DNA of 63,372 bases, counting the filler, from Olpidium bornovanus S191 (lineage: Eukaryota > Fungi > Olpidiomycota), in assembly GCA_017911155.1 (NCBI GenBank). It is 29 parts of 29 records of this genome, joined end to end, with 100 filler letters (N's around TTAATTAATTAA, not from the genome) between each part and the next. Parts side by side here need not be neighbours in the genome. Positions count along the whole stretch, not along the records: positions 39,830 to 42,190 come from JAEFCI010003607.1; positions 42,291 to 43,378 come from JAEFCI010013324.1; positions 43,479 to 46,751 come from JAEFCI010000554.1; positions 46,852 to 49,313 come from JAEFCI010012085.1; positions 49,414 to 51,058 come from JAEFCI010012820.1; positions 51,159 to 53,571 come from JAEFCI010011665.1; 23 more parts are not named here. One strand, 5' to 3'. Below, piece by piece: positions 41,013 to 51,825 of the stretch; position 1 is the first letter of the stretch; each line of letters begins with the position of its first letter. The notes under the pieces are model-generated. The model did not search any database, was not told the DNA's origin, and saw only the letters and a list, made by a program, of their open reading frames with translations. The position numbers and the translations under genes are program-made.

Positions 41013-42190
41013 ATGAAAACGGGCCAGCTCGAGGTGTTCGGCGCCGCAGAGAAGCGCAACATGGTTAAGTACATCGGGGGAATAATGCTTTACAAGTTCG
41101 CGCTGGAAACGCTGAACGGATGCATGTCCTCGATAGTCCTCAAAAGGACGAACCCCGAATTAGGGTGAGTTTTTTTCTTCTGCGTTTTTTTTTTTGTTTG
41201 TGTGGTTTGTACGTGGCCCCGGTTTTGCATACCGGCCGCCGGGTGGTTTTTCTTTTTTCCGGGAGAGGTGGCGGGCGGGGGGCGAGAGGAGCGCGGGGGT
41301 TGTCGGAACGTTTCTGAACACTGACGAAGAAAAAAAAACCACAAAAAATATATACGTCAAAATCCAAAAAAAAAAAAATAAATAAATAAAAAAACCGACG
41401 CAGGCCGAACAAGATGTGGACGATCATGCTGTCGATCAACTACGCCTGCCAGTGCCTCGGATCTCTCCTCGTCTCCCCGCTCGTCAAGAGGTTCGGCACC
41501 CATGTCGTCTTGTCCCGGAGCATTGTCGCGTTCGCGCTGATCGTCCTCGTCGTGCCCATAATGGAGCTCGCCACCGGGGGCGGCTTCCAGAGCGGATTAG
41601 GGAACGAGAAAACGTACTCTCCCGGTAAGAGAGAGTTTGATCCCCGCGCCTTTTTTGGCCAAACCTTAATTGGGAGAAGAGGTTGGGGAAAAAAAACCCC
41701 CCTCACCCCACCACGCTCCCCGTGTTCACAAATCGTGTGTCCATGTTCTTTTTTTTTTCTTTCTCAGGCAATTGGAATCCGCTGATTCTGTTCGCCATAT
41801 ACCCGATAACTGGAATCTTTTACGGGATGGTCGAACTGATCCGGCGGATGATCCCCGCTGAGATCGTCGGGCCGGACGAGATTAAGCTCAAAAAGCTGGA
41901 CTCGTTGGTGCACATCTTCTACGAGGTGGCGGGCACCGCCGGTGCGCTGCTGTCGTCTTACTGGATCGCGTATTTCAACTACGGCTACTCCCTCGCCGTC
42001 ATCCCCGTGATGTTCTCGCTGTCGGCGCTGGTGTGGGCGAAGATCAGGCTGAGCAACGTCGTCGTCGGCGGCGCCGACCAGCCCGCGGCGGACACCACCG
42101 CGAAACGCCGGTTGCCGATCTTGGCGGAGCTCAAGGAGATCGTGTCGGCCTTCGTCTACTCGGTGTGGCTCGGGGCGAAGCTCGTCATGG
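41013..42190 (+). CDS. Uncharacterised fungal MFS-like membrane transporter, 3'-truncated
   Basis: EKRNMVKYIGGIMLYKFALETLNG; several transmembrane helices; GIFYGMVELIRRMIPAEIVG...KLKKLDSLVHIFYEVAGTAGA. Confidence 0.8.
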
Positions 42191-42519
42191 NNNNNNNNNN
42201 NNNNNNNNNNNNNNNNNNNNNNNNNNNNNNNNNNTTAATTAATTAANNNNNNNNNNNNNNNNNNNNNNNNNNNNNNNNNNNNNNNNNNNNCATGGAGCCC
42301 TCAAAGAAAGATTGAATGAATCCGAGAAGGTAGACGTCCGTCTCTTCAGGTAGAGTGCAGGCGGGGGTGCGGGACGCGATGTCAACAAAACGACAAGATT
42401 TGCACTTGAACGGCAGTTAAAATTTGCACGCTCGAACCCGTTAAGATGAGCGCCAACGCTTCCTTTACGGCCGCAAAATAACCGCCTCCAGCACCCCTTG
42501 GGGTGATGCGGCGGTTCTC

Positions 42520-43378
42520 AGTCCACGTGAACCATATTATGAAGAAGGCGGCGGCGAACAGCACGATCGCGGTCGCGTACGGCGCGGTGAAGGTATCGGA
42601 TATTCTTGACAAATAGTTTGCAGCGCCGCCAGATAATATGGCTACCAGGCCGTTCCCAAAGGACGCCCAGGAGAACGTGTCGCTCAGCCAAGCCGGGTTG
42701 AAACCTGCGCTCGACAACCGCAGACCGAAATGGCGAAACGAGGTAAAGTTCGATCGACGAGGAAAGCTGCCACGTGTGACGCAGGGTCCGACGCGTCGCC
42801 TTTGTTGCGCGCACAGTGCGCCGCAAGTCGGCATTTTGCCCACCTCTTGCATCATGCTCGGCAACCATCCAGGCCTCGAACACCGAAAACAGCAACGTGG
42901 TGCTAATGCCGCTTAGCACGCGGCCTAGCAGGAGGACCGTGTAGTCGGCAAAAAATTTCGTGACGCACGATGCGGAGTAAAGAAAGCAGAAGGCGATGCA
43001 GAGCTTTCTTCGGCCGCTGGTGGGGCAGCAAGTCCGGGTGTTCACGACAGGGCCGGGAAATCAGAGAGAAGGAACCATCGTGTGGTCAGGCGCAAAAGAA
43101 AAAAAAAAAAATTGTCTCGCTGCTCGACTTCAAAACCTCGCAATCGCGGCGCGACGTTACGAAAAGCAGGCAAAGCAATGCTCTTGGGCAGGCCCCCCCG
43201 GTGCGCGGGGAAAGCGCAAGGGCAAACAACTTGCCAGATTCACGCGGCGTACGCTTACATTCTGTCCGCAACAGAGCCCACAAAGCTGCCAAAAACAGCG
43301 CTCGACACGTAGCCAGCCACAAACAGCAAGGCGATCGAATCCAGCGGGTAGCCGTAGGCCTTGTACAGAGCATACATG
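42520..43378 (-). CDS. Molybdate-anion transporter family (MFSD5/DUF791) fragment
   Basis: YALYKAYGY...IALLFVAGYVSSAVFGSFVGSVADR; RKLCIAFCFLYS; LLLGRVLSGISTTLLFSVFEAWMVAEH; WLSDTFSWASFGNGLVAILSG; TWTEN. Confidence 0.9.
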
Positions 43379-43478
43379 NNNNNNNNNNNNNNNNNNNNNN
43401 NNNNNNNNNNNNNNNNNNNNNNTTAATTAATTAANNNNNNNNNNNNNNNNNNNNNNNNNNNNNNNNNNNNNNNNNNNN

Positions 43479-44713
43479 CATGCAGCTCTTGAATCGATTC
43501 GTCCGCGTCGACGCCCACGGGGGCCTCGTTGGTAGCGTAACTGGCGACTCTCCGCGCAACTTCGTCTACCAGCTGGAGCTTGTGCATGTTCAGTCCGTAC
43601 GTAGTTCCGAAGTAGTGGGTGCTGCGGTGCGGCGGGCCGTCGGGGTCATCCGGCCGCTCAAAGGAAACTACGCGGCGGGAATCGTTTTGCATCAGCAAAG
43701 GCGGGCGGACACTCGATCCCCAAATGCACCCCAACAAAATTGCGTTTCTCACCGAGCGCGTAGGTCGGAAAAATGGCGAAGACGGCGCCAGTGTGGCCCA
43801 GGCCCTTCGCGGTCGCAGCCATGTGAAACTCGAGAATGTGCGACGGACACCCGTAAAGGTGCAGCGCCCTGAGGAGAGCCACAAGAAATTCCTCGAGTTT
43901 TTTCATGGTCGCCGCGTGCTTCTTTGAGGCGAGCGCCTCGGGCGCGTCGTCCTCCAAATGCACGGGAGGCGGCGCCGTTTTACTGCGGGGAGCATCCTGC
44001 AGGACGTACCCGACCCGCTCGGCTGCTAACGGAGAAGACTTCCCGGGAACGGAGTCGGTTCGGGGATGCGTCGGCCGGCCTACCACCGTGGGCGAGAGGG
44101 GCGTTGAAGCGCCGTGGCCAGAGGAGAAGAAGTGACTTCGTTGCTGCTGAAGAGTCTCTGCGGTCTGCTGAGCACATGGGTCGACCGCTGGCTCTCTCGC
44201 TGCTTCCTCGACCGCAACCGGCGGCAGGGCTGCGGCGCCGCTTAAGATCGACCCGCTCGCAACAACGTCCAGCAGATCCTTGATGACGTCCTTGTTCTCC
44301 CGCTGCTCCTTCTCGGTGTAAACCACGGAAGGGCGCAGAACGGACGGCGTCCTCAGGGTCAAAACGTGCTTCTGGGTTCTCCGGAGAGACGGCAGGGCGG
44401 CCAAGACGCGAGTGCGACATCCGGACGCGGCGCCGGTCGTCTGGTCTCCGTCATCTGCCGAATACGGCGGGCTCTGCTGCAGCTGCCCGGTTATGGTCAG
44501 GGCGTGCGGCGAAGAGTTGCGCCGAGTGCTCTGCGTGCCGGCTGCGATACCGTCGGGATGCGGTTCAACGGCATTGGCACACAAAGGCCGCCAAGAAAAG
44601 GACCGCCGGACGTTACGCGGGTGATCGGGACTCGTCCGCGCCGAAGGCTGCGCCAGAAAGGACGGAGGCAAGTCCGACGCCGCGCCGGAGGGGCGAGCAA
44701 CGAAAGGTTCCAT
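43479..44713 (-). CDS. ThrE/DUF1212 (Prm10-like) membrane exporter, N-terminal part
   Basis: A disordered N-terminus is followed by EFLVALLRALHLYGCPSHILEFHM...VFAIFPTYAL | VSFE...GLNMHKLQLVDEVARRV, the ThrE YG.P.H.LE and L.KL..V motifs. Confidence 0.75.
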
Positions 44714-45026
44714 GAGCGTTGCGGAGCGGCGGCGCGGGGCGTACCGAGCGGCTTCCGAACGGCGGGATCGGCCGGCAGGGCGGCGAGCGGGCGGCGACGG
44801 GGACAGGGGGCTCAGGCAAGTGCGCTTACCCGCGTCCGCCTGGGTGTCCGAAGGGCGAGCGGTTTGCCTGCGTGGCGCGCGGGGGTGGCGGATCTGGCGG
44901 ACGGGCGGGCGAGCTCGCGCGACCGCGTGCGCGCGGGATCGGGGCGGGGGCGTTTCCGCGATTGGCTCGGGGAGCCGCTTTCGCACCAATCACAGCGCGT
45001 ACCACCCTCCTCCACGCCCCTCCTCG

Positions 45027-45084
<58 letters not shown>

Positions 45085-45639
45085 CCCCCCCCCCCCCCCG
45101 CCCCCCCCCCCGCGCGCGCTCTTACGGGCGGGCGCCGCGTGGCCACCACCCCCCCCCTGTCCCTCTTCCCGCTCCCCCTTTTCCCCTTGCCCTGTTTCCC
45201 TCTCCGTTGGCAAAAGTATCAAGCGCACCCGGATGCAGCACACTTTTATTGAACCCGACTATGCAGCGCGTGATACGCCTATGTTAAACCGACTATGCAG
45301 CGCGCTGGTACGCGATCATTGAACCAACCACGTAGCGCGCGATAGCCGGAACCTGGCGAGCTAAGCAGAATGCGCGACCCGCCCAGCCCATCAGGGCATG
45401 CCAACGCGACATGCGGTCGACGGGCACATCTCGACAAGTCGCTAACGGCGTTGCGCGCAAACGTTCACCATCAAGCATCCTGTTTCAGCGATGACCCCGG
45501 CAGCAACCACCGCGAAACTGACGCGCGGGTTAGTTCCGTCAGCCATGCTTCGGTTGTCCCTCGATTCGCGGGAGCGCTTTTCGTACTTTTGCTGTGCGCT
45601 TCTCGCACCTCGAGGCGGCAACCGTTTTCGTCTGGAAGT

Positions 45640-45850
45640 CACCACGTTCTTGACCAAGTCGATGGTGAACGCGTCGGTGATGGCCTCCCCTTCCGGGTCC
45701 CGCGACGCAAAACGGGGAAGCGGACGGTTCCTTTTCGTGGCGAACAGATCAATAATGCGGGGGCCCCAGCGGTGTTCCAACGCGCGGAACCAGACGGGAT
45801 TTGGCTTCCAGTCCGAGGTCGTGGTACCGCGGGCAACCAAGGAGTGATCG
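45640..45850 (-). mobile_element. Relic of a tyrosine-recombinase (DIRS/Ngaro-type) retrotransposon, post-RNase H methyltransferase-like segment
   Basis: DWKPNPVWFRALEHRWGPRIIDLFATKRNRPLPRFASRDPEGEAITDAFT fits W.L...F..I...WG...IDLFA...N..L..F.S.......DAF. Confidence 0.7.
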
Positions 45851-46559
45851 CATAACCCTAAGTAAGTCGCCAGGATCGTGGTCTCTTCGGTGTGCGGGCC
45901 GGTGCTAGTTTCTTCTCCCCCTTTTCCCGTCCTTTTTCCTCCTTTTTCTTCTTCCCCCTTTCTTTCACCTTTTGATAATACAGCGCTCAAGAGAAACAAA
46001 GAAGACGAAGGCTGCACCGCCCCCGTCATCTGGCGCAAAATTTGGACAAACATGTTCCCAAAATTATAGGTGAAGCGAAGGATCAAATAGGCTTTGTTCC
46101 AACTGTTACAGACTACGACGGGTTAAGGGTGATCGTGCGATCATCCGCTAACATGTTGTAAGCCTATTTCATTCACATCTGTGTGTGGCGAACACAGATT
46201 ATTATCACTGTGTGGTCTTTGTACTTTCAATCAAAAACCGAGTCTAAAATGTAGCCATACCCCTATCTATTTAGATTTACTTCCCAGGTGGGGTGGTGTA
46301 GCAGGCAAAATCAGGGAGCCTCGGTGCCTTATTAGACCTGAGTGTGTCTATAAACGAAAGATGTACACTCGCTCAACACAATGAAAGAGATGCGGAGGTT
46401 ATCTCCGAAACCTCTGGCATTACAAAATTTATAGGAAACTCTTCAGAGGCATCTGCTGGCCCCCAATATGTGTGAAACACCACAAGCTACTTCCAAGCTT
46501 TCAGTTCTACCCTGACAAGATATTTCGGACTTTCTGAAGCGTCCGTCCAGTTCCGGTAG

Positions 46560-46751
46560 CAACTGGTGTGATGCGCGCGCGCCTCGGGTGCCGTCCGTGG
46601 CCAACGCCGCAGGCACTCTTGCGGGTCCCGGTCATGAAACACCTTCTGAAACTGCATTACGCCCAAGACTTCGAAAGTCTGGAAGCTAACAGGAAACTCC
46701 GTACTCTGAGGCAGACAGGGACAGTGCAGGAGTATACCCTTCAATTTAATG
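46560..46751 (+). mobile_element. Ty3/gypsy-type gag fragment
   Basis: LKLHYAQDFESLEANRKLRTLRQTGTVQEYTLQFN (L..L.Q.G.V.EY...F). Confidence 0.65.
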
Positions 46752-47188
46752 NNNNNNNNNNNNNNNNNNNNNNNNNNNNNNNNNNNNNNNNNNNNTTAAT
46801 TAATTAANNNNNNNNNNNNNNNNNNNNNNNNNNNNNNNNNNNNNNNNNNNNCCCACGCGTTCGCCGCTTACGTTCGCCATCCCTGCTTCAGGCATCAGAT
46901 CGCAAAAGACGAATCTACGCCTTCGCGTTCTCATCCGCCTCGCGTTGTTCCCGAATCCTCTGCTTGAGCATGAAAACAGAACAACGTGCTTTTGTAACCA
47001 GAGCCAGCGCAAGACAAAACTTTCTCTTTTTTAATGGAATCAAAACTCCAAGGTTGAGGGGCCGACACACATATGTATATGTATGTATGTACTGCGGGCC
47101 GCACCCCTTCCCCCAACGCTCTCTCCTTCTCTATGATACACGCTATGGTACACGTTATGGTACAAGAGCTTCCCCCCCTCCCCCCCAC

Positions 47189-49000
47189 CTACGCCTTCGA
47201 GCTCGCCAGCACCGCGCCCACCAGGCCCGCCGCGTCTGCCGCCGTTTCCGCCGAAAATTCCACCGCGTACGCCGCGGGCTCAGACGTCTCGCTGAACCCC
47301 TCGTCGCCGCGGCCGCCGTTCGCCGCCGCGGGTATCCTCCCGGGGAACACTATCCTGAACCCGTGCGCTGCCGGCGACCACGTCCCTTCATCGACCGCCT
47401 TCGACCGCCGCAGCGCCGGAGCGTCGAGCGTGTGGCGCCGCCGGACGTCCACCGCGCACCGGAACAGCGGGTCACTGGCGCCTTCCGGCGCAGACATGAT
47501 CACCAGGTGCGGGGGGTAGAACGCGAGCATGCGCCGGCGCCACACCTGTGAAGGGGGACAGGAGGGTGGTGAGCGGGGGTGGGTCGGTCTGCAGTCAGCA
47601 AAACGAACGCACGTCCCGGAATAAAAATCCTGGAGTGGAGGGGAAGGGGACGGGGCGGGGGGTGGGGTGGTCGAGGGTAGCAGGCGTACTGACCATCGAG
47701 TCACTAAAGCGAACCGACATCATCCCCATCCATTTGATCTGGTTGAACTGGCGAAGGACCTCCAGCACGCGCACCACGAGGTCATCCAGTCCGTTTCCGG
47801 CCCCGATCAGGGCCTTGAGAACAACAGGCGGGTAGGGAACGTCTTCATCCGCGTTCAGCTGGACGAGCGCGCTGACGCACTCGTCGAACGCCCGCGGCGG
47901 CTGCTGCTGGTGGGCGGATGCCGAGTATGGCCAGAACGCGACCGACGCCTTGAGCGTCCCGACCGTCGTCACCGCCGACTCCGTGGCCTGCCGCGATCCA
48001 AGAGCGCTGGATGGACGGCTATCGCCGGCGGGCTTCTTTCCTCTCAGCCACCCTCTCTTGCCGCCCCGCGGAGAAGCGGGCGCCGCCGGGTTGGCCGCAT
48101 TGGCGAACTCGACGGTCGTCGTGAACGGCCAGCGCTGGTTCAGCCCGGAGCCCGGGTGCTCCGGCCGGGACCAGTCCGCCAGCAGCTCGCTGCTCAGCGT
48201 CACTCTCGGCCCTGCGAGGCGGGTGGCGGAGCCACCCGGCGGAACCTGAGGAGGCGCCTTCGCTCGGGATACGGCCCAAGCTTCTCCCTGCGTGGTGATG
48301 CTCTGGGTGGACGGCGAGTGGAACAGCTTCCTGAGGTTCCTGCCCAGTGGATTATGATGCAGAGAAGACCTCATCGACAGGTTGTCGACCGAGTCCATCG
48401 ACCGGATCATCCTTTGCGCCGGGACCGTTACGACGAGAGTGATGCTCAAGCTGGCGCCGGTATTCGCAATCCTGGCAATCGCGTTGTCAGACTTGCAAGT
48501 GCGCACAGGCAAGACGTGGACACGAAGGGATTGGGCATTCAGTGTTTGCTGCCCGACGCAGCTCGCCCTTACATGTCAAAATCCTCGTCAATGACTATTC
48601 TGCCGGACACGAACGGCTTCGGCCGCGACGAGAACTCGGTTCCGTTGCAGTTCACTATGCAGTGGACCATGGGCGGTTCTTGCGGCTGTGCAGGCGCGGA
48701 GCCGGTGGTACCCTGGTTTCCAGTGACGGCGGCGACGACCTCAGGCGAGGTCACCACGTGCTCGATGGCGTGCAGCCGAACGTACAGCCTGCCCTGGCAG
48801 GAGACGTCCGCTCCGGACATGAAGGGACTCGCTCGAACGTACTCCAGTTCGTCGGTAATGATGTACTTCTCGGCCATGCCAGATTGTCTGGGGCTTGACA
48901 GGGTCGCGTTACGCCTGCTGCCATGAGTTGCAGGCGGCAAGGGCAGAGGGCGTTGCTGGATCTTTGTCGCATGCGTTTCGGACGACAGGACCGGGATCGG
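47189..49000 (-). CDS. Anillin-related (Bud4/Mid2-like) C-terminal C2/AH plus PH domains
   Basis: GRLYVRLHAIEHV...HCIVNCNG...IVIDEDFDM (compare Bud4 GRLFVKV.GVKDL...LDNG.HC...IGQEFEL); PH-like IKWMGMMSVRFSDSM | VWRRRMLAFYPPHLVI...AVEFSAETAADAAGLV. Confidence 0.55.
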
Positions 49001-49779
49001 CGACGGCGAGTATACCAGTTCACGCACCCTGCGCACAGTCATTTTGTACGTCACGCCCTTGCACAGGCGCGCGGGCGTCGCAGGAGCATTGATCTGACAC
49101 GCGTGTATTGCGTCAGCGCCGAGGAACACAAACAATGGGCAGGTTCGCGGGCGATCCACACCTTGTTGCGGTCGAGACCTCCGACATCGCTCGCATGATT
49201 ATCCAGAAAAACGTCCTCCTCGTTCATTTCGGGAAGCGTGGCCCGCTGCGCGATACCCGCGGCGCACGGGCCGGGATCTGAAACGTCGCGGTCGGGGACT
49301 TCGTCGTCGGCACNNNNNNNNNNNNNNNNNNNNNNNNNNNNNNNNNNNNNNNNNNNNTTAATTAATTAANNNNNNNNNNNNNNNNNNNNNNNNNNNNNNN
49401 NNNNNNNNNNNNNCATGGCAGCCGTCATCTTTATTTTTTCAAGGAAACGCCGACGTCGAAAGAAGTCGTGGGCCGCTTTTGCACAATCGCCCGAATTCTG
49501 TGGCGGACGGCGCGTCGGTAACAAGCGTTTCCATCTAGGTGGTTCTGGACAGCATCCCCAGCTGCTTGTAGGAAACCGTCCTTGGAGTTCATTCCGTTCA
49601 TCGCCCTTCGTGTAGGCAACCTGTGAAGCTGGCAACTCGTGAAAACCACACGATCAAGTTGCACGCGGCCTAGCCGCAAAAGAGCGGTCGCAGCCTTCAG
49701 TACCCGAAAAAAAAAGCAAGGGAAAAAGGACAAGGGCAAGCCAAGGGCAATGCCTCTCTTGCCTGCACTGGGGGAGCAG

Positions 49780-50960
49780 TCGAGATCGGGCCAGGTTTTC
49801 TGAGACACACACCTGCAAGTGCGGGCGCCAGGGGCACCTCGCCAAAGTCTGCCGCGCGCCTGAGCACATCGTCACTGTCTTCCAGAAGTTTTGAAAGCTC
49901 AAAGCGGAGGTCGCGGCCGCCCGCCGCAATGGAAACCTGGTTGCCGACCCGAATACCGCCGGTGCCGCCCACCACCCATTCGCCCCGCCAGATGCACCAA
50001 TGGATGCCCTTGGAATGCCTACTCTTTCGAGGCCATGAACGCCAAGGCTGAGGCCATCAAACAGGACGCGGACGGTGGTGAGACCGTCAACCTGTTGATC
50101 GACAGTGCGACCACACACACGATCTTGAAAAACCGCAACTTCTTTACCGCCTCCTCTGCTCGAGAGCATGCTTTCCGCGGCTGAGCCTCATCTTTTTCTG
50201 GAATTTCCGGCGAAGCGGTCTCCATTTGGAGACGTCGGAGGACGGAGGGCACTACACATCAAATCTTCCCGAATAGAAATGGCTTTTGCGATTGGGTTTT
50301 TACTGCATAAAATTTGGCACTCCCGGTGTGCCGACCTTTTCGTTTTCCGTGGCCACTAACGTAGTCTTGTGGAATAACCGTCTTGGACACCCGGGAGCAA
50401 CCATGCTCCTGAAACTGATACCGACTGTAACCGGCTATGGCCTCTGTACATCTGACATTGACACCAAACCAGGCCGATGCAATGCCAGTGGACGGGGGGA
50501 AATCAATCTCCCAACTGTCCACATGGAAGCTGCCGCGTAAAAAACCGGTCATGCTTACTAGGCTTCATGGCGACATTTGTGGACCAGTGGCCCTCGCGTC
50601 GAGCCCGTCAAGTATTTCCTTGTCCGTTTCGGGGCAAGATCACCCCAGGAGCTGCTCTCGGGGGGGGGGGGGGGGGGGAGGGGGGGGGGCCCCCCCCCCC
50701 CCGGGGGGGGGCGGGGGGGGGGGGGGGGGGGGGAAACTCGACGTTGACCACCTCCGCACTTGCGGATGCCGTGTCTGTGCACCAATTCCCACCCCTAAGC
50801 TAAAATCCAAACTGGCCGAACAGCGCCGTGGAAGGATCTACGTCGTCTTTGGTTCGCCCAGCATAAATTCAATTCTTTGACCCTGCCACCTGGGCGCTCC
50901 TCCGGGCACGCTTCGCGAGCTGCGTGTTTGATGAATCCATGTTCCTCGAGCTACCGGTGT
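49780..50960 (+). mobile_element. Degenerate Ty1/copia gag-pol relic (zinc knuckle, protease, GAG-pre-integrase, integrase ends), Bianca-like motifs
   Basis: CKCGRQGHLAKVCRAPEHIVTVFQ (~49810); LIDSATTHTILKNRNFF (50095); LWNNRLGHPGATML (~50370); RLHGDICGP (~50565); HLRTCGCRVCAPIP...RRGRIYVVFGSPSI (~50755); DPAT...ARFASCVFDESMF (~50880). Confidence 0.85.
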
Positions 50961-51158
50961 CTTTACCAAAGGGAAGTTCCTCCTTCCGTTCTGATTCCCG
51001 GAATTTTAGCGCACCCGAGACGCTCACTATGAACTCTGACCGGTGCACAGCGCTCACANNNNNNNNNNNNNNNNNNNNNNNNNNNNNNNNNNNNNNNNNN
51101 NNTTAATTAATTAANNNNNNNNNNNNNNNNNNNNNNNNNNNNNNNNNNNNNNNNNNNN

Positions 51159-51245
51159 CGAGAGCTTCTCCGCGACTTTCTCCAGCGCGAGGTCGTCGGT
51201 CGACGCGGCCTTTTCGATTATTGCCGCCCGTCTCTCGCTGTCCAT
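51159..51245 (-). CDS. Start of a hypothetical protein (runs off the contig)
   Basis: ATG at 51245 opens MDSERRAAIIEKAASTDDLALEKVAEKLS up to the contig edge. Confidence 0.35.
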
Positions 51246-51825
51246 GATGCAACCAGCCTAGAATTTTGCCGGGACGCCAGGTGCGCAGAGGGAGAGGGAT
51301 GGGGGTGGGCGGGGAAGAGAAAATGGGAAATTTCCGGGGCCGCGGGGACGCGCGTGCGTGCGGAGAAGAAAGGGGGAAGGTGGGGTGGAGGGAATGCGAC
51401 CCGCCGAGTCAGCAAACCCCCCCCCCCCCTCTCTCGCGGCGGAGCAGAAACGGGACGGAAGCTGGAAAAAAAAAAAAAAAAAAAAAAAAAAAAGAAAGAA
51501 CAGGATAAGAAAGTGAGGGGAGGGGGAGGGGGCACGGGGTTGATGGGCTTGGAAGGAGCTATGTAGAAAGTTTTCTTGGAGCCGCGGAGAGGCCCCCGAA
51601 TGCGGCGGGATGGGGGGAAGGAGGAGGAGGATGGATGGATGAATGGGTTGGTGGGCGGGGGAAGGCGCCTCCTTGCAGATGCGGGGCACGTTATCGTGCG
51701 AAAAAAAAAAACAAAGGCTTGTTTAAAAATGAAACAGAAAAGCCGATGACGGCAAAAGAAACCCCCCCCCCCCCCCCCCCCCCCGGGGGGGGGAGGGGGG
51801 GGGGGGGGGGGGGGGGGAAATGGGG

